This document shows, one piece after another, positions 9,449 to 18,375 of a stretch of 64,000 nucleotides of DNA. The stretch is from Draconibacterium sp. (GTDB lineage: Bacteria; Bacteroidota; Bacteroidia; Bacteroidales; Prolixibacteraceae): the NCBI GenBank assembly GCA_050179035.1, contig JBFXFM010000021.1:12-64011 (forward strand). The letters are read 5' to 3'. Position 1 is the first letter of the stretch. Every line of letters begins with the position of its first letter. The notes under the pieces are model-generated. The model searched no databases. It saw only the letters and a program-made list of their open reading frames with translations, and was not told where the DNA came from. The position numbers were made by a program, and so were the translations under genes.

Positions 9449-10180
9449 CTATTTTATTTGTTTGAAAAACTTGTTGTACAACTGCATATTGCGATCGATG
9501 TGCGCCTGCATTTTTTCGTAGGCCCGGTCGGCATCGCGCTCCCTTATGGCATTTACAATTTCTTTATGATATCCAAGCGTGATTTCCTTTTCACCCTCAA
9601 TGTTGGCGTAAATAAAGTTGCGCATTCGCGGTAAAAGGTTGTGTACCGGCTCCATGGTAACAATTACAAAAGGGTTTTCGGTGGCGCGGGCTACGGTCAG
9701 GTGAAAGCGGTTGTCGATGTCCGATTCAAGCTGCGTATTATCGGGGTTGCATTTGGCAAACTCAACTAAGTTGGCCTCCATGTTTTTTAAATCCTCATCG
9801 GTACGGTTAATTGCCGCCATTCGGGCAATTTCAGGTTCAAAAGCGAGCCTGAGTTCTATAATCTGTCCAATCAGGTTTTCATCAAACTTGAGGTCGTAAT
9901 ACAAATTCAGCGAGCTGATGGCATCTTTGATGTCGATGTTGGTAACCACCATTCCGCTACCTTTTTTAATCTGAATGAGGCCGCGTGCACTTAACCGCCT
10001 GAGCGCTTCTCGCAATGCAGTGCGGCTCACGGCAAACATTTCGCATAGTTCGCGCTCCGAAGGTAATTTCGAGCCAATCGGAAGTTTTTTCTCACGGATG
10101 GCACGTTCGATATTACGTTCAATCTTCTGGCTTAACGTTTGGGTGGTACCTATTTTCTGGAAAATCTGATCAAGATCCAT
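9449..10180 (-). CDS. FadR/GntR-family transcriptional regulator
   Basis: LPSERELCEMFAVSRTALREALRRL HTH plus FCD domain; likely start MDLDQIF at 10180 (the ORF track extends to 10291). Confidence 0.92.
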   Translation of the reverse strand: MDLDQIFQKIGTTQTLSQKIERNIERAIREKKLPIGSKLPSERELCEMFAVSRTALREALRRLSARGLIQIKKGSGMVVTNIDIKDAISSLNLYYDLKFDENLIGQIIELRLAFEPEIARMAAINRTDEDLKNMEANLVEFAKCNPDNTQLESDIDNRFHLTVARATENPFVIVTMEPVHNLLPRMRNFIYANIEGEKEITLGYHKEIVNAIRERDADRAYEKMQAHIDRNMQLYNKFFKQIK

Positions 10181-10266
10181 AATTAACTGGTGTTGAAAAT
10201 TGTATTGGTTAAGTAATCGATTTAACCCGATTGATACAAAGAAAATGATTTTTCGAAACCAAATGC

Positions 10267-10275
10267 TGTAATACA
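10267..10275. promoter_or_regulatory. Candidate autoregulatory GntR/FadR operator
   Basis: Palindrome TGTA-A-TACA upstream of the regulator gene. Confidence 0.45.
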
Positions 10276-10480
10276 TACTACAGAAATACATTTTTTTCGA
10301 AATGGCCGGTTCAGTTTAATTAGCTGAGCCACGATTCGGGGACCAGATTCTCAGGCGTTAAAAGATGTTATTACTGGGTTAAATTTGGGCGCGTGCGTTG
10401 GAAAGGTGCTGTGTGTTAAGTTATTTTGTCGTAAATTCACCCCGCTAAAAAAATTGTTTAACCAATTAAAATTAAATAAG

Positions 10481-11476
10481 ATGGCAGTCAGTTATAAAGA
10501 ATTAGGCCTGGTAAACAGCAAAGAGCTTTTTGCAAAAGCTGTTGCAGGCGGATACGCTATTCCGGCGTACAATTTCAATAATCTCGAACAGTTACAGGCA
10601 ATTCTTCAGGCTTGTGTTGAAACCAAGTCACCGGTAATTCTGCAGGTTTCATCAGGTGCCCGTAAATATGCCAACGCCACTTTGCTCCGCAACATGGCCA
10701 AAGGCGCTGTTGAGTACGTAAAAGAACTCGGTTACGAAATTCCGATTGTGCTGCACCTCGACCACGGCGACACCTTCGAACTTTGCAAAGAGTGTATCGA
10801 CAGTGGTTTTTCATCGGTAATGATTGATGGCTCGCACCACTCATACGAAAAAAATATTGAGCTTACCAAACAAGTGGTTGAATACGCACACGCTCACGGC
10901 GTTACTGTTGAAGGCGAACTTGGCGTTTTAGCCGGTATTGAAGACGATGTGGTTGCTGAACATTCAACTTATACCCGTCCCGAAGAAGTGGAAGATTTCG
11001 TTAAGAAAACAGGTGTTGATTCGCTTGCCATTTCAATCGGAACATCACACGGTGCCAACAAATTTACACCTGCGCAGTGCAAACGTAACGAAGAAGGTAT
11101 TTTGATTCCGCCAATGCTCCGTTTCGACATTCTCGAAGAAATTGAAAAACGTATTCCGGGTTTCCCAATCGTTCTTCATGGTTCTTCTTCGGTACCACAG
11201 GATTTGGTAAAAGAAGTGAATGAATACGGTGGCAAGATGAAAGATACAGTTGGTATTCCTGAAGAATGGTTGCGCAGGGCTGCAAAATCAGCTGTTTGCA
11301 AAATCAATATCGACTCTGACGGACGTATCGCGATGACCGCAGCAATCCGTAAAGTATTAACAGAAAACCCGGGCGAATTCGACCCACGGAAATACCTCGG
11401 TCCGGCCCGCGACTCGCTGAAAAAGCTGTACATGCACAAAAACGTTAATGTTTTAGGTTCTGCAGGACAGGCTTAA
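10481..11476 (+). CDS. fba: Class II fructose-1,6-bisphosphate aldolase
   Basis: YAIPAYNFNNLE, VLHLDHG, SVMIDGS, EGELG, SIGTSHG, VLHGSS, KINIDSD; start at ATG 10481. Confidence 0.96.
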   Translation: MAVSYKELGLVNSKELFAKAVAGGYAIPAYNFNNLEQLQAILQACVETKSPVILQVSSGARKYANATLLRNMAKGAVEYVKELGYEIPIVLHLDHGDTFELCKECIDSGFSSVMIDGSHHSYEKNIELTKQVVEYAHAHGVTVEGELGVLAGIEDDVVAEHSTYTRPEEVEDFVKKTGVDSLAISIGTSHGANKFTPAQCKRNEEGILIPPMLRFDILEEIEKRIPGFPIVLHGSSSVPQDLVKEVNEYGGKMKDTVGIPEEWLRRAAKSAVCKINIDSDGRIAMTAAIRKVLTENPGEFDPRKYLGPARDSLKKLYMHKNVNVLGSAGQA

Positions 11477-11524
11477 TTCAATTAAAAATGAAGAATTAGA
11501 AATTAAAATTTCTGAAATTATAGG

Positions 11525-11562
11525 AAAGGATGTTCGTCAACCGACGGATGTCCTTTTTTTTT
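11525..11562 (+). terminator. Intrinsic terminator of fba
   Basis: AAAGGATGTTCGTC-AACC-GACGGATGTCCTTT followed by a T-run. Confidence 0.85.
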
Positions 11563-11766
11563 GACTTCTGACGGGTTTCTGTTTGGCAATGATTGCTTTG
11601 CTTGCATTTTCAAAATATCGAAAGTATCAGAAGTCAGGAAACAAAGTTTTCGGCGAGTGCTTCCCTGAATTTTATAAAGCTGCTACTCCATTCATTTCAT
11701 TTTTCCTATTAATGTCAACTGTAAGCACAATAATTAATACTTTTATTACCCGTAATATAAAACATT

Positions 11767-12816
11767 ATGCTGCATCCTACTAACCAAAAAGCCTTGAAAC
11801 AAAAAATCTTATGGCACTTGAAACTGTTCTCAGGATCAATTCTCATCTCTGTTCTTTTTATGTTTATTCTTGGGCAACAAATTACATCGCCCGTGCAAAT
11901 GATTATGCCATTTGCACTTACATTTTTACAAATAGAAATCTTTATCTGGTTGGGAACGCGGTTTTTTAGTCCTATTAAAGTTGACTCATCTCATTTTAAA
12001 AGACAAATTGTAACCCGGCTCCTTTTATTCTATACAGTTGTACTCCTTCTGGCTTCGGCTCTTTTTATAATTGTGTATGCCATCCAGTATTCTATTTATT
12101 ACAACGATTTCAGCCAGTTTATTCCTTCGCTGCTACAGCTTGAAATGAAAGGTTTTTTTATGGCAACACTCACTGGCTTTGGGTTTGGCGCCATTTTTTT
12201 CTTTTATATCATGTGGGCACAAGCCGTTGAAAGGGCACAGAAACTCCGCGAGGAAAAACTTATTTTTCAATACGAAACTTTACAAAGCCAGGTAAATCCC
12301 CATTTTTTGTTTAACAGCCTCAACTCGCTGAGTTCGCTTATCAGAAAAGACATTGACCTATCGGAGTTATTTGTTTTGAAGCTTTCTTCGGTGTACCGTT
12401 TTATTCTCGATAACCGCGAAAAAGAACTGGTTCCGCTTTCCGGCGAACTCGATTTTGTAAACAATTACTTTTTTCTGCAACAACTGCGTGATGGCGACAA
12501 AATCATCCTGAAAAACGAAACAAGCGATGTTTCCGGGGTGCAGATTGTTCCGGTTTCGATTCAGCTTTTGGTCGAAAATGCGCTGAAACACAACATCTCG
12601 ACAAGAAAACAACCACTCGAAATTACAATTCACATGGAGGGAATCGACAAAATAACAGTCAGAAACAACCTTCAGAAAAAGAACCAGCTTGAACCTTCTT
12701 CAAAAATCGGATTGAAGAACCTGAACGAGCGCTGCCGGCTGATACTTGGCCGTGAAATTGAAATTCAGGAAACAGTGGATGAATTTGTGGTGAAAATCCC
12801 TCTAAAACTGACGTAA
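11767..12816 (+). CDS. LytS/YehU-family sensor histidine kinase
   Basis: 349 aa; N-terminal TMs; LQSQVNPHFLFNSLN, ELDF..Y..LQQLR, IQLLVENALKH, IGLKNL. Confidence 0.92.
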   Translation: MLHPTNQKALKQKILWHLKLFSGSILISVLFMFILGQQITSPVQMIMPFALTFLQIEIFIWLGTRFFSPIKVDSSHFKRQIVTRLLLFYTVVLLLASALFIIVYAIQYSIYYNDFSQFIPSLLQLEMKGFFMATLTGFGFGAIFFFYIMWAQAVERAQKLREEKLIFQYETLQSQVNPHFLFNSLNSLSSLIRKDIDLSELFVLKLSSVYRFILDNREKELVPLSGELDFVNNYFFLQQLRDGDKIILKNETSDVSGVQIVPVSIQLLVENALKHNISTRKQPLEITIHMEGIDKITVRNNLQKKNQLEPSSKIGLKNLNERCRLILGREIEIQETVDEFVVKIPLKLT

Positions 12817-12948
12817 TAGAAAATTGACAGTTTAAATTTGGTTGGAAGATGAAAAACCGATTCTTGATATTTGATACTGGATTTTTGAAAACTGATACTG
12901 GATTTTGGATACTCGATTCTCATTACTCAATTCTAAAAATCTGTTTTT

Positions 12949-13686
12949 ATGAAAGTGGTAATTGTTGAAGATGAGGCACTGGCGGTCGAAAAACTGGCGC
13001 ACCTGCTGCAAAAAGCTGACCCCGGAATCGAAGTTATACAGCACCTCGAATCGGTGGAGGATTCCATTAACTGGTTTCAGCAAAACCCTGCACCCGACCT
13101 TGTTTTTATGGACATTCAGCTTGATGACGGAATATCGTTTGAGATTTTTGACGCGGTGAAAATGGAAGCGCCTGTGATTTTTACAACGGCATACAACGAA
13201 TACGCAATCCGCGCTTTTAAAGTAAACAGTGTCGATTACTTATTGAAACCAATCGATGAATCGGCGCTTTTGGCAGCACTCGGAAAATACAGAAAACACT
13301 TTTCAGGTGATGTTGAATCCCGTATTTTCAAGGCTTTCAACCAGCTTTCGGCTAAATACAAAACCCGGTTCTTTGTAAAAACGGGACTCCGGTTTCATTC
13401 TGTTCCCGTCGAAAAAATCTGCATTTTTTTTGTTGAAGAACGCTGTTCGTTTATGGAAACAACCGAAGGGAAAATCTTCGACCTCGACTATTCGCTCGAC
13501 CAGATTGAGAAGATGATTAATCCTGAGTTGTTTTTCAGGGTAAACCGTAATTTTCTTGTAAACATCAACTGTATCGACGAAATTGTGGCATATTCATCAA
13601 GCCGGTTAAAACTCAAATCGGGCAAAACCGAAATTATTGTAAGTCGTGATAATGTGGCTGAATTTAAACAGTGGATGGACAGGTAA
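12949..13686 (+). CDS. LytTR-family response regulator
   Basis: 245 aa; IVEDE, DLVFMDIQL, IFTTAY, DYLLKPI; LytTR FFRVNRNFLVN. Confidence 0.95.
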   Translation: MKVVIVEDEALAVEKLAHLLQKADPGIEVIQHLESVEDSINWFQQNPAPDLVFMDIQLDDGISFEIFDAVKMEAPVIFTTAYNEYAIRAFKVNSVDYLLKPIDESALLAALGKYRKHFSGDVESRIFKAFNQLSAKYKTRFFVKTGLRFHSVPVEKICIFFVEERCSFMETTEGKIFDLDYSLDQIEKMINPELFFRVNRNFLVNINCIDEIVAYSSSRLKLKSGKTEIIVSRDNVAEFKQWMDR

Positions 13687-13766
13687 CAAAAAAGGCAAAC
13701 AACAAAGGATGTGTTTGATGCGTTTTCTTACTTTTCAGAAGAAATTTAAAATTATTGCTGGTTTAT

Positions 13767-13791
13767 GCAGGTTTTTTGAATAACCGGTGTC
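13767..13791 (+). promoter_or_regulatory. Candidate ECF-sigma promoter (autoregulatory)
   Basis: GCAGGTT-N13-GTGTC; the same motif with identical spacing recurs at 14398. Confidence 0.5.
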
Positions 13792-13823
13792 TTACTTTCA
13801 CTTCAACAGGATTGAAAAAATAA

Positions 13824-14396
13824 ATGACGGAAACGGAAATCATACAAAAACTTCAGCAGGGCAGCGAACAAGCCTTCAGACAATTAATTGAAAACTACCA
13901 AAAACTGGTGGTAAATACCTGTTACGGGTTGGTTCATAATACTGAAGATGCTGAAGATATTGCACAGGATGTTTTTATCGAAGTGTTTCGTTCCATTCAA
14001 AATTTCAGGGCCGATGCCAAACTTTCTACCTGGTTGTACCGCATTGCCGTAAACCGTTCGCTCAATCACATCCGCGACAACAAACGCCGCAAATGGTTTC
14101 AGTCGTTTGATGATGTGGTAAAGGAAAAAACTCTTCTGATTAACCACTATGCAAGCGAAAATCCTGGTACTGAACTCGAAAACATGCAACGTGCAACCAT
14201 TTTACACGAAGCCATCGGGTTGCTGCCCGAAAACCAGAAAACAGCTTTTACACTGAATAAGTACGAAGATCTTTCGTACAAAGAAATTGCTGAAATTATG
14301 GATACTTCGGTGGCATCGGTTGAGTCGCTTATTCATCGGGCCAAAGCAGGACTTCAGAAAAAATTATACACCTGTTATAAAAAAAAGTGCTTTTAG
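13824..14396 (+). CDS. ECF RNA polymerase sigma factor
   Basis: 190 aa; AEDIAQDVFI, STWLYRIAVN, LSYKEIAEIM..SVASVESLIHRAK. Confidence 0.95.
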   Translation: MTETEIIQKLQQGSEQAFRQLIENYQKLVVNTCYGLVHNTEDAEDIAQDVFIEVFRSIQNFRADAKLSTWLYRIAVNRSLNHIRDNKRRKWFQSFDDVVKEKTLLINHYASENPGTELENMQRATILHEAIGLLPENQKTAFTLNKYEDLSYKEIAEIMDTSVASVESLIHRAKAGLQKKLYTCYKKKCF

Positions 14397-14397
14397 C

Positions 14398-14422
14398 GCA
14401 AGTTATTTATTAATGTTGTGTC
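14398..14422 (+). promoter_or_regulatory. Second candidate ECF-sigma promoter, upstream of the anti-sigma gene
   Basis: GCAAGTT-N13-GTGTC; 20 bp between the two Gs, as at 13767. Confidence 0.5.
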
Positions 14423-14441
14423 ATATCAAAAAAATAAAACA

Positions 14442-14879
14442 ATGAATTGCAAGACTTTACATACGAAAATCATTTTCTTCCTTGAAGGGGAACTTCCTGC
14501 AAGTGAGATGGAAGAAATTAAAATTCATTTAGAAAACTGCAGCGATTGTGCCGCCTTTGCCAATGAAATGAAAAAGACACTTGCAGTTATCGAGAATGAA
14601 AAAATGCCGCATCTCAACCCGTATTTTTACACCCGTGTAAAAGCCAAACTTGAAAACCAGGCTGAAAATGTGGCTTTAGCCAGGCAAACACCGGTTTTGG
14701 TGCGTATCCTGCAACCTGCGGTATTCTCGTTGCTACTGCTGGCAGGAATTTATTCCGGAATAAAAATCGGTCAACCGGCAAAAATAAATTCCGATGTTCC
14801 GGTTTTTTCCGAAAATGAAGTGGTTCCCTATTTCAATGAAATGGAAACCGAAGCAATTGAAAACTTTTTAATGGAGTAA
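14442..14879 (+). CDS. Zinc-finger (zf-HC2) anti-sigma factor
   Basis: MNC..HLENCSDC (HxxxCxxC) and a single TM; likely start ATG 14442. Confidence 0.88.
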   Translation: MNCKTLHTKIIFFLEGELPASEMEEIKIHLENCSDCAAFANEMKKTLAVIENEKMPHLNPYFYTRVKAKLENQAENVALARQTPVLVRILQPAVFSLLLLAGIYSGIKIGQPAKINSDVPVFSENEVVPYFNEMETEAIENFLME

Positions 14880-14881
14880 TC

Positions 14882-15421
14882 ATGGTAAAAACCACTACAT
14901 ATCGAACGCTTATCTGGGTCATCGTTATTCTGGTGGCAACCAACCTGTCGATGGGCATCACCTTCCTGGTTCACAAACAGCAGGATTTGAAAGCCGCAAA
15001 ACAAGCGCAGGAAACAGCAATAGAGGTGCCAACGGAACAGCGCACAAAGTTTTTCAGGGAACAGTTAAATCTGACTCAGGATCAAGTTAACCAGTTCAGA
15101 GAGTTGAACCGCGGTTATAATCGCACTGCCTGGGAAATTACCCACCAACTTGAAGGTTTAAGAGCCCAAATGATTGAGGAAATGGGCAAGCCTGTGGCAG
15201 ACAGGCAGCGGTTAGATGAAATAACAAAAGAAATCGGAGAACTTCATACACGATTGAAAAATGTAACTATCGATTATTACATGGGAATGAAAAATGCCTG
15301 TGATGAAGAACAGAAAGAGAAGCTGAATGAAATATTCAGGTCGATGCTGAAACAAAACGAGGATGTTAAATTACCAGGAGGATACGGACGAAACGGAAGA
15401 GGATTCAGAAATAATAAATAA
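14882..15421 (+). CDS. Periplasmic heavy-metal sensor / Spy-CpxP-like protein
   Basis: 179 aa; N-terminal TM, LNLTQDQ motif, helical content. Confidence 0.75.
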   Translation: MVKTTTYRTLIWVIVILVATNLSMGITFLVHKQQDLKAAKQAQETAIEVPTEQRTKFFREQLNLTQDQVNQFRELNRGYNRTAWEITHQLEGLRAQMIEEMGKPVADRQRLDEITKEIGELHTRLKNVTIDYYMGMKNACDEEQKEKLNEIFRSMLKQNEDVKLPGGYGRNGRGFRNNK

Positions 15422-15441
15422 TCACTTAAAATTTTAAAACA

Positions 15442-15960
15442 ATGAAAACGAGTAAGTTAACAAAACTTGCCTGGGTGTTTTTTGCCTTGGCGGTAACATC
15501 AACCACTTTGTATGCACAAGGTTGGAGAAACGGGAAACAGCCTGGAAATGGCCGAAATAACTACTGTGTAAACCAGATTTTGGGTTTAAATGATGATCAG
15601 AAGGCAAAAATCGACGGGTTAAACGAAATGCACCAGACAAAAATGGGCGAACTCCGCACACAACGTCAGTCAACTACCGATGCCATCGAAAAAAGTGAGA
15701 TTCGCACGACGATGCTTAAAATCGTAAAAGCACACCGCGATGAGGTAAAATCGCTGCTCACCGCCGAACAACAAAAAGAGTACGATTTGCTGCAGACCCG
15801 CGGAAACTATGGAAAGGGCCGTGGAAATGCAAATTTTCAAGGTCGTGGACAGGGAAAAGGAAACTGCCAGTTTGCAGGTGACTACAGAAACCGCGGTAAC
15901 AGAAACGGCGGAGGTCAAGGTTATGGTAATCGCCGCAATCAAAATTGTTTCAGAAACTAA
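15442..15960 (+). CDS. Spy/CpxP-like periplasmic protein
   Basis: 172 aa; signal peptide, LGLNDDQ and LLTAEQ (LTxxQ) motifs, G/R/N-rich tail. Confidence 0.7.
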   Translation: MKTSKLTKLAWVFFALAVTSTTLYAQGWRNGKQPGNGRNNYCVNQILGLNDDQKAKIDGLNEMHQTKMGELRTQRQSTTDAIEKSEIRTTMLKIVKAHRDEVKSLLTAEQQKEYDLLQTRGNYGKGRGNANFQGRGQGKGNCQFAGDYRNRGNRNGGGQGYGNRRNQNCFRN

Positions 15961-16026
15961 ATTCATTAATAAAACTAAATTTTAAGGATTTAAATCCTAT
16001 CGTATTCACAATTAAAACTTTAAATC

Positions 16027-16689
16027 ATGAAAACAAGTAAATTATTTTTGGTTCTGGCAATTGCTCTCTTTGCATTTGCATCATGTTCAGAAGACATTAA
16101 CAGTACAGAAACAGACGAAGCTATTGCAGCAGAAGTGGATGAAAAAAGTGCCGAAGTGGCTGCTCTCTGTGGTACCTGCGATTTTACAGGTACACTAACC
16201 GAAGCCGAAATTACCAGTTTAATGGAAATGCGCGAAGAAGAAAAATTTGCCCGCGAAGTTTATCTTGCAATGAACACATTATATGATTATCGTGTGTTTG
16301 CCAATATTTCGAAGAGCGAGAATGCGCATACAAGTGCGGTTTTGTATCTCATTAATGGTTTTGGATTAACTGATCCAACTCCTTCCGGAGCCACAGAATT
16401 CAGCAACCCATTGTTTACTGATTTGTATGCTCAACTTACCGAAAAGGGCTCTGTCAGCCTGGTGGAAGCATTAAAAGTGGGTGCATTTATCGAAGAATAT
16501 GATATTGCCGATTTGGAACGCCATCTTGTTGAAACTGAAAATGCTACCGTTGCCAAAGTGTATGGAAATCTGCTCAGGGGCTCAAAATTTCACCTGAAGG
16601 CATTTACAAATGCGTTGAAAATTCAAGGCGAAACTTATACGCCAACTGTTTTATCGGTTGAAGCATATAACGAAATTATTGGAAATTAG
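16027..16689 (+). CDS. DUF2202 ferritin-like lipoprotein
   Basis: Lipobox FASC; MREEEKFAREVY, ENAH, IEEYDIADL, LLRGSKFHLKAF. Confidence 0.85.
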   Translation: MKTSKLFLVLAIALFAFASCSEDINSTETDEAIAAEVDEKSAEVAALCGTCDFTGTLTEAEITSLMEMREEEKFAREVYLAMNTLYDYRVFANISKSENAHTSAVLYLINGFGLTDPTPSGATEFSNPLFTDLYAQLTEKGSVSLVEALKVGAFIEEYDIADLERHLVETENATVAKVYGNLLRGSKFHLKAFTNALKIQGETYTPTVLSVEAYNEIIGN

Positions 16690-16734
16690 TGTTTCACAGA
16701 TTAGCGTTAGTGATGTTTGAGAAGTAGATGATGG

Positions 16735-16762
16735 CCCCGGCATTTGCCGGGGTTTCATTTTT
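16735..16762 (+). terminator. Intrinsic terminator
   Basis: CCCCGGC-ATTT-GCCGGGG followed by a T-rich tail. Confidence 0.75.
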
Positions 16763-16823
16763 ACAAACACAGTAACCTAATAAACAGACTTTTTTAATTA
16801 TTTACATTAACCCAGAAATCGAA

Positions 16824-17876
16824 ATGAAACGTTTTCCACTTCCCGATTTACTAAAAGGATTTGCAGTTTTACTGATTGTACCGGTGCATATTCTCGAAAC
16901 CTTTCTCGACTTTTCGGGTCGCGAAAGTGTATTTGGAAAGACTTTGCTGTTTTTGGGCGGACCGATTGCAGTGCCTGTTTTTATGATGATAATGGGCTAT
17001 TTTCTGGCCAAAAACCAGAAACCATTTGCCATTAATTTTTTCAGGGGCATCAAAATTTTTATTGCTGGTTTGCTGCTGAACATTGGGCTGAACTTTCATT
17101 TGTTATTGAAGATACAATTTGCTGCTTGGCAACTAAACCCGTGGGAGTACATTTTCGGCATCGATATTTTCTACTTTGCCGGTCTGTCCATCGTTTTCCT
17201 TTCGGTGCTGAAAACATTAAAATCCGGTCGTGAATGGATTGCATTGTTACTGGTTTTTGCGGTAGCCGGTGCAACTTCATTTGTAAATCAAAAGCTGATG
17301 GTACCTGAGCGAAATTACATTTTTCCGTTTATTGGCGGAACATGGTCATGGTCGTATTTTCCGTTATTTCCATGGTTGGCTTACCCGCTGGCAGGGTTTG
17401 CTTTTTTCCATTTCGAAGAGAGACTTTTGGCTTTTATCAGCAGGCAAAAGACCATTTCGGGTATTCTGTTTATCATAATTCTTGTATTTGTTTTGTATTT
17501 TGGAAAGCAAGGTTTTACAATAACAATTAATCTTCCATCTTATTATCATCACACGTTTTGGTTCTCGATATGGGCCTTTGGAGTTGTTATTTTATGGTCG
17601 GTGTTTTGGCAGTTTATGATGAATAAATTTCCCAAAAACCATTTGGGTGAATTTATTATGTGGCTCGGGAAAAACATTACTGTTTTTTATATCATTCAAT
17701 GGCTGATTATCGGGAATATTGCCACAGCTATTTACCAAACACAAACACTTAAAAGTTATCCATTCTGGTTTGCCGGAATTTTCAGCATAACAGTTTTAAT
17801 AACCTGGCTTGCTGAACGAATTGTGCAAAAGCGAATTAAGCATATCTTACCCATTGGATTGCCTTTGAAAAAGTGA
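16824..17876 (+). CDS. DUF1624/HGSNAT-like membrane acyltransferase-family protein
   Basis: 350 aa; multi-TM; DLLKGFAVL..H, PVFMMIMG, YFPLFPWLAY. Confidence 0.7.
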   Translation: MKRFPLPDLLKGFAVLLIVPVHILETFLDFSGRESVFGKTLLFLGGPIAVPVFMMIMGYFLAKNQKPFAINFFRGIKIFIAGLLLNIGLNFHLLLKIQFAAWQLNPWEYIFGIDIFYFAGLSIVFLSVLKTLKSGREWIALLLVFAVAGATSFVNQKLMVPERNYIFPFIGGTWSWSYFPLFPWLAYPLAGFAFFHFEERLLAFISRQKTISGILFIIILVFVLYFGKQGFTITINLPSYYHHTFWFSIWAFGVVILWSVFWQFMMNKFPKNHLGEFIMWLGKNITVFYIIQWLIIGNIATAIYQTQTLKSYPFWFAGIFSITVLITWLAERIVQKRIKHILPIGLPLKK

Positions 17877-17899
17877 AAAACAGTAATTATTGCTTTTGA

Positions 17900-18130
17900 T
17901 TTTTTGCTTACAATCAGCTTTCCCGATTCTGTTCTTGTGTTTCTGAATTCAACGAATATTGATAAATTCCACTTCTATAACGGTCTGCACCAAGTATCAA
18001 ATAGTTGGTTTAGCGGTCAACCAAAAATTGTTTAACCAGTTTTCCTTCGTTATTCAAAATATATAAAGAGACTGTTTCAAAATTTCACGTTGGGAAAACA
18101 GATGGGTAGAAATATACATTAACCATTTTG
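17900..18130 (-). pseudogene. Decayed T9SS type-A C-terminal sorting domain remnant
   Basis: Own translation: ..PT*NFETVSLYILNNEGKLVKQFLVDR*TNYLILGADRYRSGIYQYSLNSET, then a frameshift to RTESGKLIVSKK. Two in-frame stops and a frameshift. Confidence 0.55.
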
Positions 18131-18151
18131 CTGCATTGCTACCCGCATTTT

Positions 18152-18188
18152 GTTCCTAACGCCTGCTTGACGGCAGGCAGGGAACAAT
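18152..18188. repeat. REP-like palindrome
   Basis: TGTTCC..GCCTGCTTGACGGCAGGCAGGGAACA. Confidence 0.55.
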
Positions 18189-18375
18189 TAAACAAATTCA
18201 AAACAGTCTATCAATTTTGGTGAGTAAATTAAACCAAACTTCTACTAAGTTACTGTGAGCTAATAATCAAATAAACAGGGTTATTAATAGATTTATAGGT
18301 AATATTCAAATTCTGCCAACGACTGTTACCCTGAGTGCAGTCAAATGTTGTTCCAGCACCATTAAGTTTTTCTGA

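Noticed and set aside
10181-10480. Extended 5' ends of the GntR and fba ORFs given by the ORF track, or a riboswitch in this gap
   Set aside because: The extensions are non-homologous and overlap promoter elements; no recognisable riboswitch consensus.
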